This document shows, one piece after another, positions 59,991-64,000 of a DNA stretch of 64,000 nt. This DNA is from an uncultured Nitrospiraceae bacterium (GTDB lineage Bacteria; Nitrospirota; Thermodesulfovibrionia; Thermodesulfovibrionales; SM23-35): the NCBI GenBank assembly GCA_963727775.1, contig CAVSHB010000001.1:832001-896000 (forward strand). Reading direction: 5' to 3'. Position numbers and translations under genes: made by a program. Below the pieces are notes generated by a model. That model was not told the origin of the DNA. It saw nothing but the letters and a program-made list of their open reading frames with translations, and made no database searches. Within the stretch, counting starts at the first letter, position 1. Every line of letters starts with the position of its first letter.

Positions 59991-61076
59991 TTATATAGTT
60001 TCATTTCCTATTGCTCTGTTAACTGTAACGCTACTGTAACAGTTGGGGTCATCCGTTTTATTTAAGACTGAAATAGCGTCTCTCAGGTTTTCTACCGACA
60101 AGTGAGAGTATCTTTGCGTCATCCTGATATCCTTATGCCCGAGCAGCTTTGAAATTGTATGAAGGTCAATTCCTTTTTGTCTGAGATAGCTTGCGAAGGT
60201 GTGGCGGAAATCATGAAACCTGAAGTTTTCAATTCGTGCGACCTTGCACACTTTTCTTATCGCTCTTTGAAGCTTAACAGGATAAATCCCTTTTCCGGCA
60301 TCATGAAAAACGAGGTCTGTATCAACTCGCCTTATTTTTTGTAATGATATAAAGGTATCAAAGGCTTCTTGTGTAAGAGGTATCCCCAAATTTTCTTTGT
60401 TTTTCATTTGAGAACCGTCGATGCATATAAGGCGTGAAAAGACATTTACCTGCGGCCATGTTAGTCCGAGGATATTGGCCTCTCTAAGTCCTGTGTTCAG
60501 AGCTACAATGACCATAGGCTTTAGCCATGCCGGGGTCACCTGATTGTCAACCGCGTCAAAAAGGCGCTTGTATTCATCATCACTCAGAAATCTGATTCTT
60601 TCATTGTTGACTTTCGGCATTTCAACTTGAGATACAGGATTGTCTTTAACCCATTTCCATTTTCTTTCGGCAAGGTTAAACATCCTTCGGAGAAGTCCCA
60701 ATTCTTTTACTATAGTAGCAGGCATAGCTTTAGCAGCCCTATGTTTTTCATAACCTCCAATAAGCGTTTCTATCCTGTGCAATGGCGTATTTTCTCCGAA
60801 ATATTTTCCGAGATGTTTTAGGATACTTTTGTCTCTCGCTCGGTATTTCTTCTTGCAAAGATATTCACTCTCATACTTCTGAATCATTTCCTTGAAAGTC
60901 CTTTTCTTTGTGTGTGGATCAAACCACTTTCCTTCCACAATCTCAGTAATCCGTTTTGCATGAATCTTCTCCGCTAATTTCTTGTTTGCAGTTGTAGTAG
61001 ATTCATATATTCTCTCGCCGTTTACTGTAAAGAACATCCAGTAGAATTTGCTTCCGCACCGTTTATAAAGACCCAT
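59991..61076 (-). CDS. Tyrosine recombinase (phage integrase)
   Basis: TGLR, FHDFRHTFAS, LLGH, TQRY. Confidence 0.95.
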   Translation of the reverse strand: MGLYKRCGSKFYWMFFTVNGERIYESTTTANKKLAEKIHAKRITEIVEGKWFDPHTKKRTFKEMIQKYESEYLCKKKYRARDKSILKHLGKYFGENTPLHRIETLIGGYEKHRAAKAMPATIVKELGLLRRMFNLAERKWKWVKDNPVSQVEMPKVNNERIRFLSDDEYKRLFDAVDNQVTPAWLKPMVIVALNTGLREANILGLTWPQVNVFSRLICIDGSQMKNKENLGIPLTQEAFDTFISLQKIRRVDTDLVFHDAGKGIYPVKLQRAIRKVCKVARIENFRFHDFRHTFASYLRQKGIDLHTISKLLGHKDIRMTQRYSHLSVENLRDAISVLNKTDDPNCYSSVTVNRAIGNETI

Positions 61077-61319
61077 CTAAAACTGCCCTCCTTTCCTGGG
61101 TCTTCTATCTGTTGCAATATTATAATGTCTTTCTCCTGAGTTTTTACAGCCGTTAATCCAGTCTGATATTTCACCCTCATCGAACCGCAAGAGGCCATTG
61201 AGCTTGAAGCAAGGGATAACCCCTTGCTCCGCCCAAGAATAGACAGTGCTAGGCTTAGCCTTTATAAGCTCGGCGACCTCTTTGACGGTTAATATGCTTA
61301 ATAACTTGATTGAGCTCAT
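61077..61319 (-). CDS. Excisionase-like HTH protein
   Basis: LTVKEVAELI..STVYSW..IPCFKLNGLLRF. Confidence 0.88.
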   Translation of the reverse strand: MSSIKLLSILTVKEVAELIKAKPSTVYSWAEQGVIPCFKLNGLLRFDEGEISDWINGCKNSGERHYNIATDRRPRKGGQF

Positions 61320-61323
61320 GATA

Positions 61324-63564
61324 TTATCCGGGGTATTTATTCTGCTTTTTAATTGCCTCGACCAAATTCCTATTAATAAAGTTCATGGGGACACCATTCT
61401 CAGTGTGATTGTTACTTACTTCGAAATCGATGCCATAGGCGCTCAGATTCGGTTTAATCCGTTCCAAGGCGTTTCTTAATTTGTTGGTATGCCGTGGGAA
61501 GGTCGAATCATTCTTCGTCTCCACATGCTTTCGAAGCTTGTCATACGCTTCTTTGACAGTCCCTTGCCATATCTTCTTGGTTTTCATTAACTCAAGAACT
61601 GCTTGTGCCAATGAATCACTGTGAATTATTTCTTCATTCTGGTGATTAATATTTTCTTTATAAGCTTTTTTGAAATCTGAGTTCTTGTACCCCAGTGCCT
61701 CTGTAATAGCTACACCCCACTTCATGAAATCTGCCATACGTTCCAATTTTTTCACCTTCAGTGACGTATATATTTCTTTTGCTCTCGATAAAGTATCGAA
61801 CATAGCACCCAGTATGTAAGGACGGACTCTGTCAAACTTTCTCATCATTTCACGCAACCCTTCACGCTTGTCGGGCGTAATGCGGTTGATTTGGAATAAC
61901 AACGTCCTATCCATAAGGTCAGGCCTAGAAACGAGGAGGTTGATGCCGTTTATCCCGATACAACGTAAGAGCTTATAAGTAATATCTTCATCGTCCGTAT
62001 AGAGTTGTCTCATTGAAATACCTGCTCCCGTGCAAGCTTGTGATAAAAGATCTGAGAGCTCGTCTTTGCAGCTAGAAAGGTTATCGAACAAGCAAAGATA
62101 ATGGTGCTCAATTTTCCGTATTGTCTCTCTTCTCTTGTCTGGCAATATTAAATCGTCATTATTTGAAGGGTCTATCAGTTCCCTCAAGACCTTAAATATT
62201 ACCGTTTTGCCACTCCCTTGCGGCCCATAGATATGTATGACAGGGTGTGGTATGCCTGGAACTAAACAGGATACTAGATACACCAGAAAAAGCAGTTTCG
62301 AATTTGTGCACTTTATATTTACAAACTTAAAAATGTCATTAATGTTTCCTTTTCTCTTGGGCATTACTTGAGCTTTCTGATGCTGGTAATGTTTGAAGAG
62401 AATAGTGGTGTGATCCTTTATCTTCCAACCGGTTTTCTTGGTTACTACTACCTTACCTTCACCCATGTCATAGTAGAATACATTGCCCCGTTCCGCGACC
62501 CTATTATAAAGGCTAAAATGCGATCCGTTGTTCGACGCGATGGCAGCCACGGCGTGTATGGCAGTGTTAATCTCATTTTTGCCCGCTACTTTTTTGTGTC
62601 TATTCATATATTCATTGATTATCCAGCGTTTGAAGGCAACACTTTCGATCTGATAGACAACTCTGTTGACGCACGCACAAGGTTTCCCTGCATCATCAAC
62701 GAACAAGCTATAATTACGAGCAATTTTAATCATCTTGTCAGCAGTGCTATTGCCCGACGAGATTGGGACACTTTCAGTATTTTCGGTTTTATATCTCATA
62801 GCACTCGTCACCTTTTCTTCTACGATCTTGTCTTCCATAGGTGGCTCACAGAACAACTCATTCATTGTGCGCAGAATAGTCAGTATCCCATCGTGGCCCA
62901 ACCTAAGTTGATGCTTTTCATTCCATTCCCGTAACCTACATGCGTGTTTATATAGATTGATATCTCTTGATCCTTCATCTATCGGGATGTCCGTTGCAGC
63001 ATCTTCTTCCTTGGCTTGACGTACAGGCAGGAAGATATCGGGCATATAATCAAGGTCTCTTACATCTGGAATATATTTAACTTTTCGATTTTCTGTATTC
63101 TCTGTAGGTAAAACTATATATCCTTTCTTAGCAAGCTTGTAGTCAATGACAAAGCCACCAGTCGTTAGTGTATGCGTCGTTTGTGTTTCGACCTTTTTAC
63201 TGTCCTTGAATATGAAATGATAGCCGTTCGGTGTTCTTATTCCAATAAAATTTCTGTGATTCTTTTTCATCGCTTTATACAATTTTTTCCCAACTTTAAA
63301 ATTGTCTACATCAACAAGAATGTACCCATCAGGAATGACTAAACCTAACCATCCTTTAGCCTTTATCCAGTATGAAGCTTCATTTTCGCTTGTAGGCTCC
63401 CATTTACCGTAAGAATTCTTCGCTACGTTATAGTTTTCGTTGTTATAGTAGCCACGTAGTTTAATTATCTTGCAGTTTTTTGCTCCAAAGTAGTCGATAA
63501 GATCGTTGTAACTGAATGAATCTTGACTTGTGTCTGCCCCTGTTCTCTTCTTTTCTTTTTTCAT
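61324..63564 (-). CDS. Prim-pol (AEP) / PriCT / P-loop helicase replication protein
   Basis: ILVDVD, TPNGYH, GYIVLP; EGSRD..CEPP (PriCT); GPQGSGKT Walker A; LFDN Walker B. Confidence 0.85.
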   Translation of the reverse strand: MKKEKKRTGADTSQDSFSYNDLIDYFGAKNCKIIKLRGYYNNENYNVAKNSYGKWEPTSENEASYWIKAKGWLGLVIPDGYILVDVDNFKVGKKLYKAMKKNHRNFIGIRTPNGYHFIFKDSKKVETQTTHTLTTGGFVIDYKLAKKGYIVLPTENTENRKVKYIPDVRDLDYMPDIFLPVRQAKEEDAATDIPIDEGSRDINLYKHACRLREWNEKHQLRLGHDGILTILRTMNELFCEPPMEDKIVEEKVTSAMRYKTENTESVPISSGNSTADKMIKIARNYSLFVDDAGKPCACVNRVVYQIESVAFKRWIINEYMNRHKKVAGKNEINTAIHAVAAIASNNGSHFSLYNRVAERGNVFYYDMGEGKVVVTKKTGWKIKDHTTILFKHYQHQKAQVMPKRKGNINDIFKFVNIKCTNSKLLFLVYLVSCLVPGIPHPVIHIYGPQGSGKTVIFKVLRELIDPSNNDDLILPDKRRETIRKIEHHYLCLFDNLSSCKDELSDLLSQACTGAGISMRQLYTDDEDITYKLLRCIGINGINLLVSRPDLMDRTLLFQINRITPDKREGLREMMRKFDRVRPYILGAMFDTLSRAKEIYTSLKVKKLERMADFMKWGVAITEALGYKNSDFKKAYKENINHQNEEIIHSDSLAQAVLELMKTKKIWQGTVKEAYDKLRKHVETKNDSTFPRHTNKLRNALERIKPNLSAYGIDFEVSNNHTENGVPMNFINRNLVEAIKKQNKYPG

Positions 63565-63667
63565 TGCAAAATCCTCCTTTTTTTCGTTTTCGTTTTACAC
63601 AATATGATCGTAACAGGGGAGGGCATCTATCCTAAACCCTCTGAATTGAAGGAAACCTGAGGGAAAA

Positions 63668-63949
63668 TTAAATGTCGGTTAGTTCTGATAGGCGCATGTC
63701 AATATACTTTTTGAAGTATGTCTCGTTTTGTAACCTGTCTTCAATGTTTTTGATCCGGCGCCTTTTTAGTCCAGGCTTATTCTTTTTTGTATACTTTGGA
63801 ATTGAACCTTTTTTTGATGGAGGATTCTGGGGGTATTCGAGCTCAGGAAATATGTCTCCAGGTGCTAAGTCATATTTCTCTGCAAGTAGCTTTATTTTTA
63901 GTGTTGCTTCCTTCTGCTTTATTCTTTTCATAAGTGCTCCAAAAATCAA
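63668..63949 (-). CDS. Hypothetical basic protein of the element
   Basis: Co-oriented ORF; start uncertain. Confidence 0.45.
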   Translation of the reverse strand: MIFGALMKRIKQKEATLKIKLLAEKYDLAPGDIFPELEYPQNPPSKKGSIPKYTKKNKPGLKRRRIKNIEDRLQNETYFKKYIDMRLSELTDI

Positions 63950-64000
63950 ACTGTGTATGGAATGGGCGAGACAACAAAGGCCCTTAAGTTTCTCTCGCTC

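Larger units (their letters stand above)
59977..64000 (-). mobile_element. Integrative element (phage satellite or prophage-like) at tRNA-Glu 3' end; continues beyond window
   Basis: Integrase converges on the tRNA 3' end; xis and primase-helicase follow; visibly AT-richer sequence. Confidence 0.82.

Noticed and set aside
59754..60039. Short ORFs on both strands
   Set aside because: They overlap tRNA-Gln and tRNA-Glu

Overview
Bacterial chromosomal window from an anaerobe, probably Nitrospirota/Thermodesulfovibrionia-like (inferred from gene content and order only). Contents in order: a partial cooC/acsF; a divergent signalling operon (tetraheme cytochrome c, heme-c hybrid kinase, membrane kinase, two receiver proteins, mscL); an IS5/ISNCY-type IS; housekeeping genes (DUF748, thyA-like, lptFG, GH57 branching enzyme, LysR, rnpB, tRNA-Ile2, rpoD, dnaG, NIF3); decayed rpsU and yqeY; an IS1380 nested inside an IS1202-family element; a soluble kinase / NarL-type regulator / alternative sigma-70 cassette; glycogen, MoeA, scpB, proB, clpC and lemA-TPM genes; tRNA-Gln and tRNA-Glu; and the left part of an integrase-excisionase-primase/helicase element inserted at tRNA-Glu. 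The main candidates for new biology are a 48-aa seven-cysteine 'two-CW' domain with identical spacing in two unrelated kinases (one coupled to a heme relay beside CODH maturation, one upstream of phased operator boxes and a sigma factor), an unannotated ArfA-like small ORF, and repeated 'hollowed-out' pseudogenes. All calls are by motif recognition; no database searches were run.
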